Assembly: GCA_045597865.1 (NCBI GenBank)
Contig: JAZLKX010000025.1
Location: 192,001-256,000, forward strand
Reading direction: 5' to 3'
Source of the DNA: Bacilli bacterium
GTDB taxonomy: Bacteria; Bacillota_I; Bacilli_A; RFN20; CAG-826
Length of the DNA: 64,000 nucleotides
The notes under the pieces were generated by a model. It searched no databases, was not told the origin of the DNA, and saw only the letters and a list, made by a program, of their open reading frames with translations. A program made the position numbers and the translations under genes. Below, in pieces: positions 17,956 to 28,374 of the stretch (positions are counted from its first letter, which is position 1; the number at the start of each line of letters is the position of its first letter).

Positions 17956-18783
17956 ATGAAAAAAATCTTATTCTTAATCTCAACTTTATTCCTTCTTGGA
18001 GGCTGCGCAAGTAATGCTGATTCCTCTAATTTCGAAGAAAATGATGTTATTGACAATGAAAACAAAATAGTTCTTCGCTATGAAAATAGACTTCCAACCG
18101 TTTATAGAGGAAGTTCTAATTTCACTACATATTTACTTCTTTCACCTTTCGGTAGTATTGATATCGAAGGTGTTGAAGTTCAACCTGTAGTAAGTGATTT
18201 ATTCTATGAGAATACAGTTGTCTGGAAAGCAGAACCTGGCACTGATTTACCAACTCCAGAGCAAGTTAAGTCAAGCGTTCCAGGCGCAGCATTTAGAGGT
18301 TGGGCTTATTACGACGAAGACAACGATAATGTTTTCCCAGATTATTATACAAAAGTTCCTGTAAAAGAAGGTTTAGCCTTAAAGGCTATCTTTGATGGAA
18401 AAGAAGGCGGAATTGATCCAACACCAGGAACTACTGTTACATATAAAATTACTGATTTCGCAAACTGGGTTCCAAATGATGGAGCCAAAGTATTCGTTTG
18501 GACATGGGGTGGAGATTCAGGAAATGGTGCCTGGACCTCAGTAACACTTTCATATCAAGGCGAAAATAACAACTACAATAGCGTTACCGGAACATTTAAT
18601 GCACCAAGTAATATTACAGGATTTAATATTGCTCGTTGTTCATCAAGCACAACACTTCCAAATTGGCAAGCTGTTGGCGATGCTCCAGGTAGAGTTTATA
18701 ACAAAACTGCTGATGTCATGATTAGACCAGGTGTTTTAAATTACACAGCACCTGAGTTTGTCGAATATGAGTACAGAGCATAA
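17956..18783 (+). CDS. Lipoprotein with a C-terminal putative starch-binding (CBM26-like) module
   Basis: AAGGAGG RBS before the ATG at 17956; lipobox LGGC; C-terminal W.PNDGA.VFVWTWGG...IARC...NKTAD. Confidence 0.65.
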   Translation: MKKILFLISTLFLLGGCASNADSSNFEENDVIDNENKIVLRYENRLPTVYRGSSNFTTYLLLSPFGSIDIEGVEVQPVVSDLFYENTVVWKAEPGTDLPTPEQVKSSVPGAAFRGWAYYDEDNDNVFPDYYTKVPVKEGLALKAIFDGKEGGIDPTPGTTVTYKITDFANWVPNDGAKVFVWTWGGDSGNGAWTSVTLSYQGENNNYNSVTGTFNAPSNITGFNIARCSSSTTLPNWQAVGDAPGRVYNKTADVMIRPGVLNYTAPEFVEYEYRA

Positions 18784-18797
18784 TTGGAGGAAAATTT

Positions 18798-21700
18798 ATG
18801 GCAAAAAGAAAAACTTACCTTCCTGTCTTGCTACTTACATTAGCTAGTTCACTTCTTGTTACTGGTTGTAACGACTCTTTTGAGCCTATCGAAGATGAAG
18901 ACACTAATGCAATTGCTTTAGACGATCCAATTGAGTACGAAAAAGACGAAGAAAAAACAATCCGCCTTTCTCAAATGAGAGCAGAAGAACCTGCTGCACA
19001 AGAAGAAGTTACTCCAGATATCGTCAAAATTCATTATCATAATGATGATAATGCATGTAAAACCCGTCGTTTCTATACATGGGTTACAGGCGTAGATGGT
19101 GTTGAAAGAAAACCAACTGAAGCAACTTGGACTGGTACTGATATGGAGATTACTTTGGACTATTCAGAAATTCCTGAATATCAAGGTTCAATTTCAATTT
19201 TCTTCATTATTAAGGTTGCAGGTACTTGGGCTGGTCAATCAGAAGATACTGAATTCAAATATTCAACTTTCCCAATGACCAAAGATGGCGAGAAAAATGT
19301 AACCGAGATTTGGACAATTCCAGGTGAAGGTACTTCTATCGAAATTTACCAAACTGAAGAAGAAACCCAATTCCCAAAAATCAAAACTGCTAAATTTACA
19401 AACTTTAACACAATTCACTGTGTTTCCACTGTTGATAAAGACGGAAAAGCATGGATTCCAGATTCTTGGGAACTTTATGCATATGACAAGAGCTACTTGA
19501 ACATGACAGAAGCTTCACAAAAAGCAAATAAACGTCATTATTTATTCAAGAGCAGTGAAACTAGTGGTAAACCAACAACTAGTGAATTTGATATTAAATT
19601 TAATTACACTGCAAAAATTAACATTCAATATGTTATTGAGTCAATTTTCCCAGGATTCCCTGATAGAACTCAAAAAGTTATCGTTAGTTCTGAATATTTA
19701 TATCAATCCGAAAGATTTGAAGAATATTACACCTATGATGGCGATGATCTTGGAATGACTTATACAGCTGAATCCACAACATTTAAAGTTTGGAGTCCTA
19801 TTTCTGCAAACGTCACTTTAAATCTTTACGATGCAGGTGCTCCAAAATCTCTTGGTGGTAGTGATATTAAACGTACTGCCGAGATGTATTATTCAAAAGG
19901 CGGCATTTGGGAATTAACCGTTAAGGGAGATCTTAAAGGCAAATTCTATACGTATACAGTTACAAATGCTAACGGAACTGTTGAAGCAATGGATCCATAT
20001 GCTAAAGCATGTGGTGTTAATGGTATGAGAGGTTTTGTCTATGACAAAACATCTTCTGAAGCAAATCCAGAAGGTTGGAATTCTGTACCAGATGTTTGGC
20101 ATAATACTGAATTTGATATTACTTCACCTCAACAATTAGCAATTTACGAAGTCCATGTTCGTGATTTCACAATTGATGATTCTTGGGATAAAGATAATGG
20201 TAATCCAGAAAAAGGTGGAACATTTAATGCATTCGTTAAAGAAGGCACAAAATGTAATGGTGAAACAACTGGTTATGATCACTTAAAAGAACTCGGTGTT
20301 AACGCTGTTCAATTATTGCCAGTATTTGACTATGACAATGATGAAAGACCAGAAAAGAATAAATACAACTGGGGTTATAACCCACTTAACTACAACTGTG
20401 TTGAAGGTGTTTATTCATCTGATCCAACAGATCCACTCGCAAGAATTAAAGAATACAAGAATTTAATTATGAAAATGGCCAATAACGGCAATCATACACG
20501 TGTTATTATGGACGTTGTCTATAACCACGTTATGTCAGCCTCAGCAAGCTGTTTTACAAAATTAATGCCAAAATACTACTTCCGCTATGATGCAGATTGG
20601 AACTTACTTGATGGCTCTGGCTGTAATAACGAAGTTAAATCAGATGCAACAATGATGTCAAAATACATCGTTGATTCATGTTTGTGGTGGGCTAAAGAAT
20701 ATAAGATTAAAGGTTTTAGATTTGACCTTATGGGCTTACTTGATTCATGGACAATGAGAAAAGTAAAAGATTCATTATATGCATATGATCCAGACATTTA
20801 TGTCTATGGTGAAGGCTGGACTTCTGGCGGTTACCATGGAAAATATGAAGCTGAATATAACGCAGATGGTTCAGTTGCCTACATTAAAGAAGGCGGCTGT
20901 GAAACAGACGTTGTTTATAGAACACTTTATCCAAGCGAATCTTCTCCAGGATTACTTGGTGGATTTAATAACGGCGGTCGTGACTCCTTAAAAGGTGAGA
21001 ATGATCGTGGTTTTAGCAATTCTCCATATCCAAACTGGGGCTTTATTTCAAAGAGTTCTGGCGATGTTGGCACGGCTAGCGACAACGTCGCTTATATGTT
21101 AAAGGGTGGTAACTGTTATGGAATTAGAGGTGCGAACCCAGTTCAAACAATTGCCTACGCATCTTGTCACGATAACTACACACTTTGGGACCAACTTCGT
21201 TATACACTTGCACCAAGTGGTTACACATCTCACAAAGATGATTCAAGTGTTCCATGTGTTCCAAACGGAAATACAGAACCTGATACTTATGCATTACTAA
21301 ATGCAACAATTACAGCTCATGGTGCTATTTTTGCATCAAACTCTGCTGCATTTATTCAAGGTGGTGAAGAAATCTATCGTTCTAAGTCTGCTACACCAGC
21401 TGAACTTGAAGCATTAGGTTTATACCACAATGATAGTGAAATATATCCTGAGGATATAATTCGTCCATTCTCTGATGGAAATAGATATGTTCATTATTCA
21501 ACTGATCCAGAAATAGTTCAAGCTACAAGTGAAGTTTGGATGTATGGAAATATCACCTCACACAACTCCTATAAATCACCAGATATCATTAACTCCTTTA
21601 AGTGGGAAAGAAAATCTAATGTTAATGGTGTCAACGTTGCTGATCATTATAAAGGAATGTGGTCCAAGATGATTAAAACACATATTGAGTCAAATAAAGT

Positions 21701-21980
21701 TAGTTCAATTATTGGCGATCAATTCCTAAATGAATTCAATACCTGGACCAACGGAGAAGGTTCAACTGGTGTTGCACTTTGGAATGGTAACGTAGAAGGA
21801 ACCTCAGGTTATAAGTATGCTTTCTCAGGTAGAGGAGAAACTTATTTCGGCTGGGGAGATAATATCGGTGGAACAGTTGTCTATTCAACTGGATTTACCG
21901 AAGAACCACAACAAAGAATTAGCGGTGGTTATTTACATTTGCCACCTTATTCCTCAATTGTGGTAAAAGTTGGAGCTTAA
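18798..21980 (+). CDS. pulA: Lipoprotein type I pullulanase (GH13) with CBM41- and CBM48-like modules
   Basis: Lipobox VTGC; DLGMTY...FKVWSP, DPYAKA, IYEVHVRDF, YNWGYNP (type I pullulanase signature), DVVYNH, FRFDLMG, YGEGW, SCHDN. Confidence 0.92.
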   Translation: MAKRKTYLPVLLLTLASSLLVTGCNDSFEPIEDEDTNAIALDDPIEYEKDEEKTIRLSQMRAEEPAAQEEVTPDIVKIHYHNDDNACKTRRFYTWVTGVDGVERKPTEATWTGTDMEITLDYSEIPEYQGSISIFFIIKVAGTWAGQSEDTEFKYSTFPMTKDGEKNVTEIWTIPGEGTSIEIYQTEEETQFPKIKTAKFTNFNTIHCVSTVDKDGKAWIPDSWELYAYDKSYLNMTEASQKANKRHYLFKSSETSGKPTTSEFDIKFNYTAKINIQYVIESIFPGFPDRTQKVIVSSEYLYQSERFEEYYTYDGDDLGMTYTAESTTFKVWSPISANVTLNLYDAGAPKSLGGSDIKRTAEMYYSKGGIWELTVKGDLKGKFYTYTVTNANGTVEAMDPYAKACGVNGMRGFVYDKTSSEANPEGWNSVPDVWHNTEFDITSPQQLAIYEVHVRDFTIDDSWDKDNGNPEKGGTFNAFVKEGTKCNGETTGYDHLKELGVNAVQLLPVFDYDNDERPEKNKYNWGYNPLNYNCVEGVYSSDPTDPLARIKEYKNLIMKMANNGNHTRVIMDVVYNHVMSASASCFTKLMPKYYFRYDADWNLLDGSGCNNEVKSDATMMSKYIVDSCLWWAKEYKIKGFRFDLMGLLDSWTMRKVKDSLYAYDPDIYVYGEGWTSGGYHGKYEAEYNADGSVAYIKEGGCETDVVYRTLYPSESSPGLLGGFNNGGRDSLKGENDRGFSNSPYPNWGFISKSSGDVGTASDNVAYMLKGGNCYGIRGANPVQTIAYASCHDNYTLWDQLRYTLAPSGYTSHKDDSSVPCVPNGNTEPDTYALLNATITAHGAIFASNSAAFIQGGEEIYRSKSATPAELEALGLYHNDSEIYPEDIIRPFSDGNRYVHYSTDPEIVQATSEVWMYGNITSHNSYKSPDIINSFKWERKSNVNGVNVADHYKGMWSKMIKTHIESNKVSSIIGDQFLNEFNTWTNGEGSTGVALWNGNVEGTSGYKYAFSGRGETYFGWGDNIGGTVVYSTGFTEEPQQRISGGYLHLPPYSSIVVKVGA

Positions 21981-21990
21981 GGGGGAAAAA

Positions 21991-22767
21991 ATGATGAAAA
22001 ACGGTATTAAATTATTTACAGTCTCACTCCTTAGCTTTGCTATTTTAGCAAGTTGTGATAATGGAGCATCTAAAAATGCTAATGGAAATAAGCTTGTTGC
22101 TTCTGTTACTTTAGACGAAACTTATAGAGTTTTGGATTTAGAAGATTCATTCCAACTTACTCCAACAATTACATTAAATGAAGGTGTCGAAGAAGCTACT
22201 TACGATGTTGAGTGGCGTTCTTCTAATCCATATGTTTGTGATGTAACTCAAGAAGGATTAGTTACTGCTTTAGGTGCTGGTACAACTACAATTTCAATTA
22301 TTGCAGGTTACAAAATTGCAACTTGTGATGTTCGTGTTCCAGGCCAAGGAGAGGATCCAGTACCACCTGGACCAACTCCACCTGTACCTCCAACACCTCC
22401 AGGACCAACTCCTCCAGGACCAGGACCAGATCCTGAACCTGAAGAAGAAGATGAAGAAAAGCAATGTACTGTTTACTTCTTTATTGATTACAATAACATC
22501 GATGAAAATGATACAACACACACAAAACTTTTAGCTAAATTTAAATGGTATGGTGATAGACCTATTTCAGAAGCTGAAGAGGTTCCAGCAAATCCAACAA
22601 CTCCGTTAGATCCTGCTTTCCCTTACTTCGTAGGTTGGTCAAATCATACTATTGTTGATACCAAAGATGACTTATGGGACTTAAGTTCCGATTTAATCGG
22701 AAACGGTTACTATTTCTATCTTTATGGTATTTGGTCTGATGTTTCACAAGGAGAATTTATAAAATGA
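21991..22767 (+). CDS. Lipoprotein: Big_2 domain, Pro-rich linker, InlB-B-like repeat
   Basis: ATG at 21991/21994; lipobox LASC; WRSSNPYVCDVTQEGLVTALGAGTTTI; PVPPGPTPPVPP linker; F.GWS...LYGIW. Confidence 0.75.
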   Translation: MMKNGIKLFTVSLLSFAILASCDNGASKNANGNKLVASVTLDETYRVLDLEDSFQLTPTITLNEGVEEATYDVEWRSSNPYVCDVTQEGLVTALGAGTTTISIIAGYKIATCDVRVPGQGEDPVPPGPTPPVPPTPPGPTPPGPGPDPEPEEEDEEKQCTVYFFIDYNNIDENDTTHTKLLAKFKWYGDRPISEAEEVPANPTTPLDPAFPYFVGWSNHTIVDTKDDLWDLSSDLIGNGYYFYLYGIWSDVSQGEFIK

Positions 22768-25700
22768 AAAAAGGTTTAAAATTATTCTCTCTTTTATTAG
22801 GTAGCAGCATCCTTTTATCTGGATGTGATCAGTTTACTTCTGATTGGCCTAATCAATTACCATCTCCAGAAGAAATGGGTATCGACACTCCTTGGAGTGA
22901 TTATTCAAACCCATGTTCTTCAATTACATTTGGTAAAGGCGATGCAAATGTAAATTTAAATAAGGGCGAAACACACACATACTCATATAGTGTTGAACCA
23001 AGAGATTTTGACACCTCATCACTTGTATGGGCATCAGATAATCCAGAAGTTGCCACCATTGAAAATGGTGTTTTAACAGCAGTTGGTGGTGGTAAAGCCA
23101 ACATTACCTTATCTTGTGGAGAAGTAGCAGCACGTTCACTTGTAACTGTTACAGTCCCAATTACCGAATTTAATGTATTAAATAAAGAAATTTCATTAGA
23201 TATTGAAGGTACTTCACAAATTAACTATGAATTTGCTCCTGAAGACACAACCCAAAACGCAGTTCAATATTCAACTGAATCCGACATCATTACTGTTTCA
23301 GATTCTGGTTTAATTACAGCTTTAGGCGTTGCAGGAGATGCTGAAGTTAAAGTTACTAATGAAGGTTTAAATAAAGTTGAAATTGTTAATGTCCATGTTT
23401 CTGATAACTGGAATTACATTTCGACCATGACTCTTTCTGGACCAAGTAAGTTAGAAGTTACTAAATCCAGCAATTTAACATGTAATGCTGTTGGTGTTGA
23501 TCCATCTAGAGAAGCTTCAGCACTTAGCAATAATAGCGTTGTTTACTCAGTTAAAGAAGGAAGCGAAGAATTCATTTCAGTTGATCCTGAAACAGGCGCT
23601 ATTACTGGTCTTGAACCAGGAACTGCAACTTTAGTTGCAAAACTTGTTGATGATAGACATCCTGAAGCTCTTTCTGAAGAAGCTTTAGAAGAGAAAACAT
23701 TCACAAGCGAATTTGCTGTTGAAGTATTTGAAGTTTCAATTGTCAGTCTTGATTTAACTGATTCTGAAACTATTGAACTTGATAATGCTGAAAATATTTC
23801 TCATCAATTATCTTATACATTCACTTTAAGTGATCCATCATTTGAAGAAGCTTCAAGAGCAAATATTGCTTATACTTCAAGCGACTTAGAAGTTGCTACA
23901 GTAAGCGAGAGTGGTCTTGTTGAAACTGTTGGTCCTGGCACTGCAACAATTACAGTTAAAGACTTAACCAGCAACGTTTCTGATTCAATTGATGTACATA
24001 CAACAATTTATGCAAAATCCATTACCTTAAATAGTAGTGGAGATTTCTATTTAGATGAATCTATTGAAATTAGCGCAAACGTTGTTCCAGCAAAGACAAC
24101 TGATTCAGTTGTTTGGGATTACGATGAAGCTTCAGGACACACATTTGTTGAGCAAGATAACAAACTTATTGTTACTTGTAACAATCTTGATTCTTCAGTA
24201 GATGTTAAAGCTAGTGTTGGAGGAGTTACATCTAACACCTTAACTTTAACTCCAAAAGAAAGAGAAGTTGCCTTTGAAAGCGGCAAAACTTACATCGTTG
24301 GTTCATCTAACTTCAAGACCGGTGTTTCAAAGGATGTTGAAGGCGGTTCTTGGAATGCTGCTAAATACGCATTTGTTATGACTGATAAGACAGGCAATGC
24401 ACATGCTAAGTATGAATACAAAGCAACAATTGAATTTAGAGAAAATGACGAATGGAAGATTCGTGAAAACGTTGAAGACTGGAGAGCAATCAGTTCTTCA
24501 AACGGTTTATATAAAGTAACCGAAGGTGCATTTGCTAAAGGTCAAATGAGCGTTAGCGGTACACCAGAAGAAGGCAATGTATTAGTTAATGTAGCTGGTA
24601 AATATGATGTTTATTATGCTTACTATGATGATACTGAAACAGGTTGGTATGAAGTTTATGTTGAAGAACATGGTATGAAGTTATCTTCAACTGATGTTCA
24701 CGCTAAATTAACTTCTCCAGTAACAGTTTCAACTATCAGCGTTGATAATTATGATGGAACAGTAGTTCTTGATGAAGTTGATGATGAATATATTTCCGCT
24801 TCATTTGATGCATTAACAAGCAAGATCTCAATTACTCCAGTTAAAGTTGGCAAAACTTCATTTAAAGTTCGCGATGACTATAAAGAAATTTTAGTTAATG
24901 TTGAAATTAAAGAAGGTTCTGATGCAAAACCAACTACTTACTATATTCGTGGTGATGCAGCAAATGGCTGGGGCATTGATGAAAGTTATGTCTTAAGAGA
25001 ATCAGCTGATGATAACAATTATGGTGAAATTTTAGATTTATATCTAAAAGCTGGTAGTTTCAAGATTGCTGATGAGAATTGGTCTGGTGGCACTGTTTGG
25101 GGCTATGAATATGATGGCCACACAACCATAACTGGTGGTGCTGCAGCTAACTTCACAGCAGGTGACAGCGATAATAATATTAAGTGTAATGTTGCAGGTT
25201 ACTATGACATTTACTTAACCAAAAATAATTATATTTCGATTGAAAATGCTGGCGTTGAACCAGTTCCATTTATGTGGGGTATTGCTGGTAGTGGAACAGG
25301 ATGGAAACTTGATACAGATCATCCATTTGTTGAAACAACATCAGAAGGCGATGCTATATACACCTACAAGTTAAATAACTTCGAATTTGCAAAAGATGCA
25401 ACATGGAAAGTTACAAATACAAAAGATGAATGGATTGCTAATAAATTAGGTGTTGGTTTTGATTTATCAAAATCAACAGCAGGTGCATTTGAAATCGATA
25501 AAGATGGAAACATTAAGGTTTTAACTGCCGGAACATATGACATTACCTTAAATATTTGGAATTTCGAATATGATGGTAAAGATGTCGTTGCTGGTGCACA
25601 AATCTATGCTGTAGCTCATGAAGCTCCAGCAGGACCATCAATTTCATTTGGCATTGCTAATCCAGAAGTTGCTGTTAATGGGACATTAGAAATTCCAGTA

Positions 25701-27695
25701 ACTGCCACAAATTGTAGTGGACTTACTTATTCTATTACTGAAGGTAATGAATATATCACACTTGATTTATTAAATAGTAACGATACAAAACTTATTGTTA
25801 ACGGCACTGAATACGAAGGAACTTCAACTGTTAAGGCAGCTGCAAGTGATGGTACAGAAGCAACTATTCAAATTGTTTGTAGCGAGTCTCCAACTCCAGT
25901 AGGAGATAAAGATTACATTGTAAAAGTTTGCCACGACGAAGTTTGGTCACAATTAGATATGAGCCAAACAGTAGGTGATGAATCACAATATGAATATACA
26001 GGTGATTTTGATAAAGATGATATCTTTGTAATTCATATGTATGGTGAAACCTGGTATCACTTTGAAGATGTCAAAGAAGGATGCCTCTCGCTTGTTTCCT
26101 TACAAGGAAGTGAAGACATTAAGTTTAATGCAGCAGGAAATTACACAATTTATGCTGATTACGATGCAGACGAAAAAGGTGATCATATTTGGATTAAGAA
26201 GAATGTTGCACCAGCCACAATGACCATTGAAGGCTCTGATCCAGTTACAATGTCTGTTCATGAAGGCGTTTCAGGTGAATTCATGTTATTAGATGTTTCT
26301 TTAGAAACAAATGAATTCTTCTCATTTGAATATGATGGAATTACTGTTGGATACAATGATTTGAAGGATGATTCTCCTGCAGGTGTTACTAGTAACACCG
26401 CAAAACACATTGCAGTTACAACAGCTGGTTCATACGACATCTATTTTGATACCGCTAAGATTGGCAGTGGATGCTTATACATCGCAGAGCACAAAGCAGT
26501 AACACCTGATTATGTTGCACATGCTTGTGTTGGTGGTTCCTGGATTGATATTCCAATGGAAAAAGATGATGAAGATCAGTATGTATTTACATATGATTTC
26601 TCTGAAGGTGATAGTTTCAAACTTCACTTAACAGGCGATGATTGGCGCGGATACGATAACTTAGAAGACGGATGCGCCTCATTAGTTAGCGTTGATCCAT
26701 TAGATAAAGATAAAAACATTTTAGTTACTGAAACTGCAAGATACACAGTTTATGCTAAACCAACAGATGGTAAAAATGTTTGGATTAACAAAGCTCCAGT
26801 TCCAGTAACAGGAGATTTCTCCGTTACAATTAATGGAACAAGCCACGATTTAACTTTGAATGAAAAGTCTGGTGAATATTATCTGGATAATATTGATTTA
26901 TCCCGTGACGATTTATTAGAGTTCTATAATGGCGATCAAAAATTAACAGTTTCAGCTAAAGTTGCTCCAGAAGGAAGTGCAAATAACTGCTTCCTTAATA
27001 GTTCTAACAAAATTGAACTTATTAGAGCTTTAGCTGCAAAAGAAGGCGAAGGAATTTATTTTGATCCAGTTAACAATACCGTTTGGGTTAATGGTAACCA
27101 TGAATCCTATAGCGTTGTTTGTAATGGTGAAGAATATGATCTTGAAGCACATGGTAGTGGTGATGGATATAAAGAATTCTCATTCACACTTGCAGAAGTT
27201 AGCGATGGCGATCAATTAGTCTTCAACAAGAATGGTTTAGTTGTTGATGCTGGCCCAGAAACTGGTACAGGCAACAACGCAACAGCCGATGATTATAAAG
27301 GCAATACTTTTTGTAAAGTTACAAAAGGTGGCGAGAACTTATCTGTTTACTTTAAAGTCTATGCAGATAGATATGAAGTTTGGGTTGGCGAGGCCAAAGG
27401 CGATGTAGTTACAGTTACATTTACCATTAATTATGGTACTGAAAGTGGCCAAGGCGTCTACATTGTCGGTGATTTCTGTGGTTGGGATCCAACTAAAGGT
27501 ATTAGAGGAACTTGGACAGAAGGCAACAACTGGGTATTTACAATAGAAATGCCTGTTGATACCGTTTGGTCATTCAAGTTCGTAATTAATAGTTATGATA
27601 ATCCAACTGATCCTGCTATAAGATGGGAAGAGAATCCAAATAGATCTTATACTTTCTTAGCAGATGGTTCAGAAACATTTGTTTGGCAAGCATAG
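22764..27695 (+). CDS. 1643-aa non-catalytic lipoprotein: Big_2 array, SusE/F-like repeats, C-terminal CBM20
   Basis: ATGA overlap with the upstream gene; lipobox LSGC; several Ig-like repeats; repeated YY.G...W...FKI...AG.YDIY units; C-terminal VTFTINYGT..GQGVYIVG...W...W..GNNW...FKFV...RWEENPNR. No GH13 catalytic motifs seen. Confidence 0.8.
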   Translation: MKKGLKLFSLLLGSSILLSGCDQFTSDWPNQLPSPEEMGIDTPWSDYSNPCSSITFGKGDANVNLNKGETHTYSYSVEPRDFDTSSLVWASDNPEVATIENGVLTAVGGGKANITLSCGEVAARSLVTVTVPITEFNVLNKEISLDIEGTSQINYEFAPEDTTQNAVQYSTESDIITVSDSGLITALGVAGDAEVKVTNEGLNKVEIVNVHVSDNWNYISTMTLSGPSKLEVTKSSNLTCNAVGVDPSREASALSNNSVVYSVKEGSEEFISVDPETGAITGLEPGTATLVAKLVDDRHPEALSEEALEEKTFTSEFAVEVFEVSIVSLDLTDSETIELDNAENISHQLSYTFTLSDPSFEEASRANIAYTSSDLEVATVSESGLVETVGPGTATITVKDLTSNVSDSIDVHTTIYAKSITLNSSGDFYLDESIEISANVVPAKTTDSVVWDYDEASGHTFVEQDNKLIVTCNNLDSSVDVKASVGGVTSNTLTLTPKEREVAFESGKTYIVGSSNFKTGVSKDVEGGSWNAAKYAFVMTDKTGNAHAKYEYKATIEFRENDEWKIRENVEDWRAISSSNGLYKVTEGAFAKGQMSVSGTPEEGNVLVNVAGKYDVYYAYYDDTETGWYEVYVEEHGMKLSSTDVHAKLTSPVTVSTISVDNYDGTVVLDEVDDEYISASFDALTSKISITPVKVGKTSFKVRDDYKEILVNVEIKEGSDAKPTTYYIRGDAANGWGIDESYVLRESADDNNYGEILDLYLKAGSFKIADENWSGGTVWGYEYDGHTTITGGAAANFTAGDSDNNIKCNVAGYYDIYLTKNNYISIENAGVEPVPFMWGIAGSGTGWKLDTDHPFVETTSEGDAIYTYKLNNFEFAKDATWKVTNTKDEWIANKLGVGFDLSKSTAGAFEIDKDGNIKVLTAGTYDITLNIWNFEYDGKDVVAGAQIYAVAHEAPAGPSISFGIANPEVAVNGTLEIPVTATNCSGLTYSITEGNEYITLDLLNSNDTKLIVNGTEYEGTSTVKAAASDGTEATIQIVCSESPTPVGDKDYIVKVCHDEVWSQLDMSQTVGDESQYEYTGDFDKDDIFVIHMYGETWYHFEDVKEGCLSLVSLQGSEDIKFNAAGNYTIYADYDADEKGDHIWIKKNVAPATMTIEGSDPVTMSVHEGVSGEFMLLDVSLETNEFFSFEYDGITVGYNDLKDDSPAGVTSNTAKHIAVTTAGSYDIYFDTAKIGSGCLYIAEHKAVTPDYVAHACVGGSWIDIPMEKDDEDQYVFTYDFSEGDSFKLHLTGDDWRGYDNLEDGCASLVSVDPLDKDKNILVTETARYTVYAKPTDGKNVWINKAPVPVTGDFSVTINGTSHDLTLNEKSGEYYLDNIDLSRDDLLEFYNGDQKLTVSAKVAPEGSANNCFLNSSNKIELIRALAAKEGEGIYFDPVNNTVWVNGNHESYSVVCNGEEYDLEAHGSGDGYKEFSFTLAEVSDGDQLVFNKNGLVVDAGPETGTGNNATADDYKGNTFCKVTKGGENLSVYFKVYADRYEVWVGEAKGDVVTVTFTINYGTESGQGVYIVGDFCGWDPTKGIRGTWTEGNNWVFTIEMPVDTVWSFKFVINSYDNPTDPAIRWEENPNRSYTFLADGSETFVWQA

Positions 27696-27714
27696 TAGAT
27701 TGTAATAACTCAAT

Positions 27715-27747
27715 AAAGCGCGACCTCAAAAATCGCGCTTTTATTTT
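27715..27747 (+). terminator. Intrinsic terminator
   Basis: AAAGCGCGA / TCGCGCTTT followed by TATTTT. Confidence 0.8.
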
Positions 27748-27860
27748 GCTTAATAAGTTATGTAATAGTTGATATCAACTATTAATAGAATATATTCATT
27801 ATTGTAATAATATTTTCATGTGTTATAATAAGATTAATCTTAAGGAGAAAAATTTTAATT

Positions 27861-28319
27861 ATGAGAAAATCAAAAATTGCAATTCTTGCATTAGCACCAG
27901 CTCTTCTTTGTGGTTGTGCTATGAAATGTGATTTTGCCAAATTCCAAGAAAAGGTTGGCGCAATTGATAGAAAAGGCGTTACAGCAACCAAAATTGTTAT
28001 CTCTGGCAAATTAACAATCGGTGATAAGGAAGAAGATATCAACTATGATAGCTCAACAGCTTCTTTATTAGATCTTGTTTCACCAAATGCAATTGCAGCA
28101 GCAGTTATGGCATTAAATAATGTCAACTTCTATGCTGTCACAGAAGACGCAAATTCAACATATTACGCTGGAACAACATTCAAAGTGACAAACGATGTCT
28201 TAAAAATTGAATGGAACAAATATGGTGATTGCACAAAAGCAAACGGAAAGCTTGATGACGGAAAAGGATCAAACTACACCGTTAACTTAAGTGCAAAATA
28301 TACATACGAAACAAAATAA
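27861..28319 (+). CDS. Small hypothetical lipoprotein
   Basis: AAGGAG RBS; lipobox LCGC; upstream TG.TATAAT. Confidence 0.8.
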   Translation: MRKSKIAILALAPALLCGCAMKCDFAKFQEKVGAIDRKGVTATKIVISGKLTIGDKEEDINYDSSTASLLDLVSPNAIAAAVMALNNVNFYAVTEDANSTYYAGTTFKVTNDVLKIEWNKYGDCTKANGKLDDGKGSNYTVNLSAKYTYETK

Positions 28320-28329
28320 TTGTTAAATT

Positions 28330-28353
28330 AGACGGATTTTATCCGTCTTTTTT
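28330..28353 (+). terminator. Intrinsic terminator
   Basis: AGACGGAT-TTT-ATCCGTCT followed by a T run. Confidence 0.75.
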
Positions 28354-28374
28354 ATAAAAAAAGGAGAAAACTTA

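Noticed and set aside
22765-22767. Genetic code 4 (TGA=Trp), suggested by the Mollicutes-like abundance of lipoproteins
   Set aside because: The long genes are open under code 11, and TGA acts as the stop in ATGA overlaps (22767, 35267, 45264).
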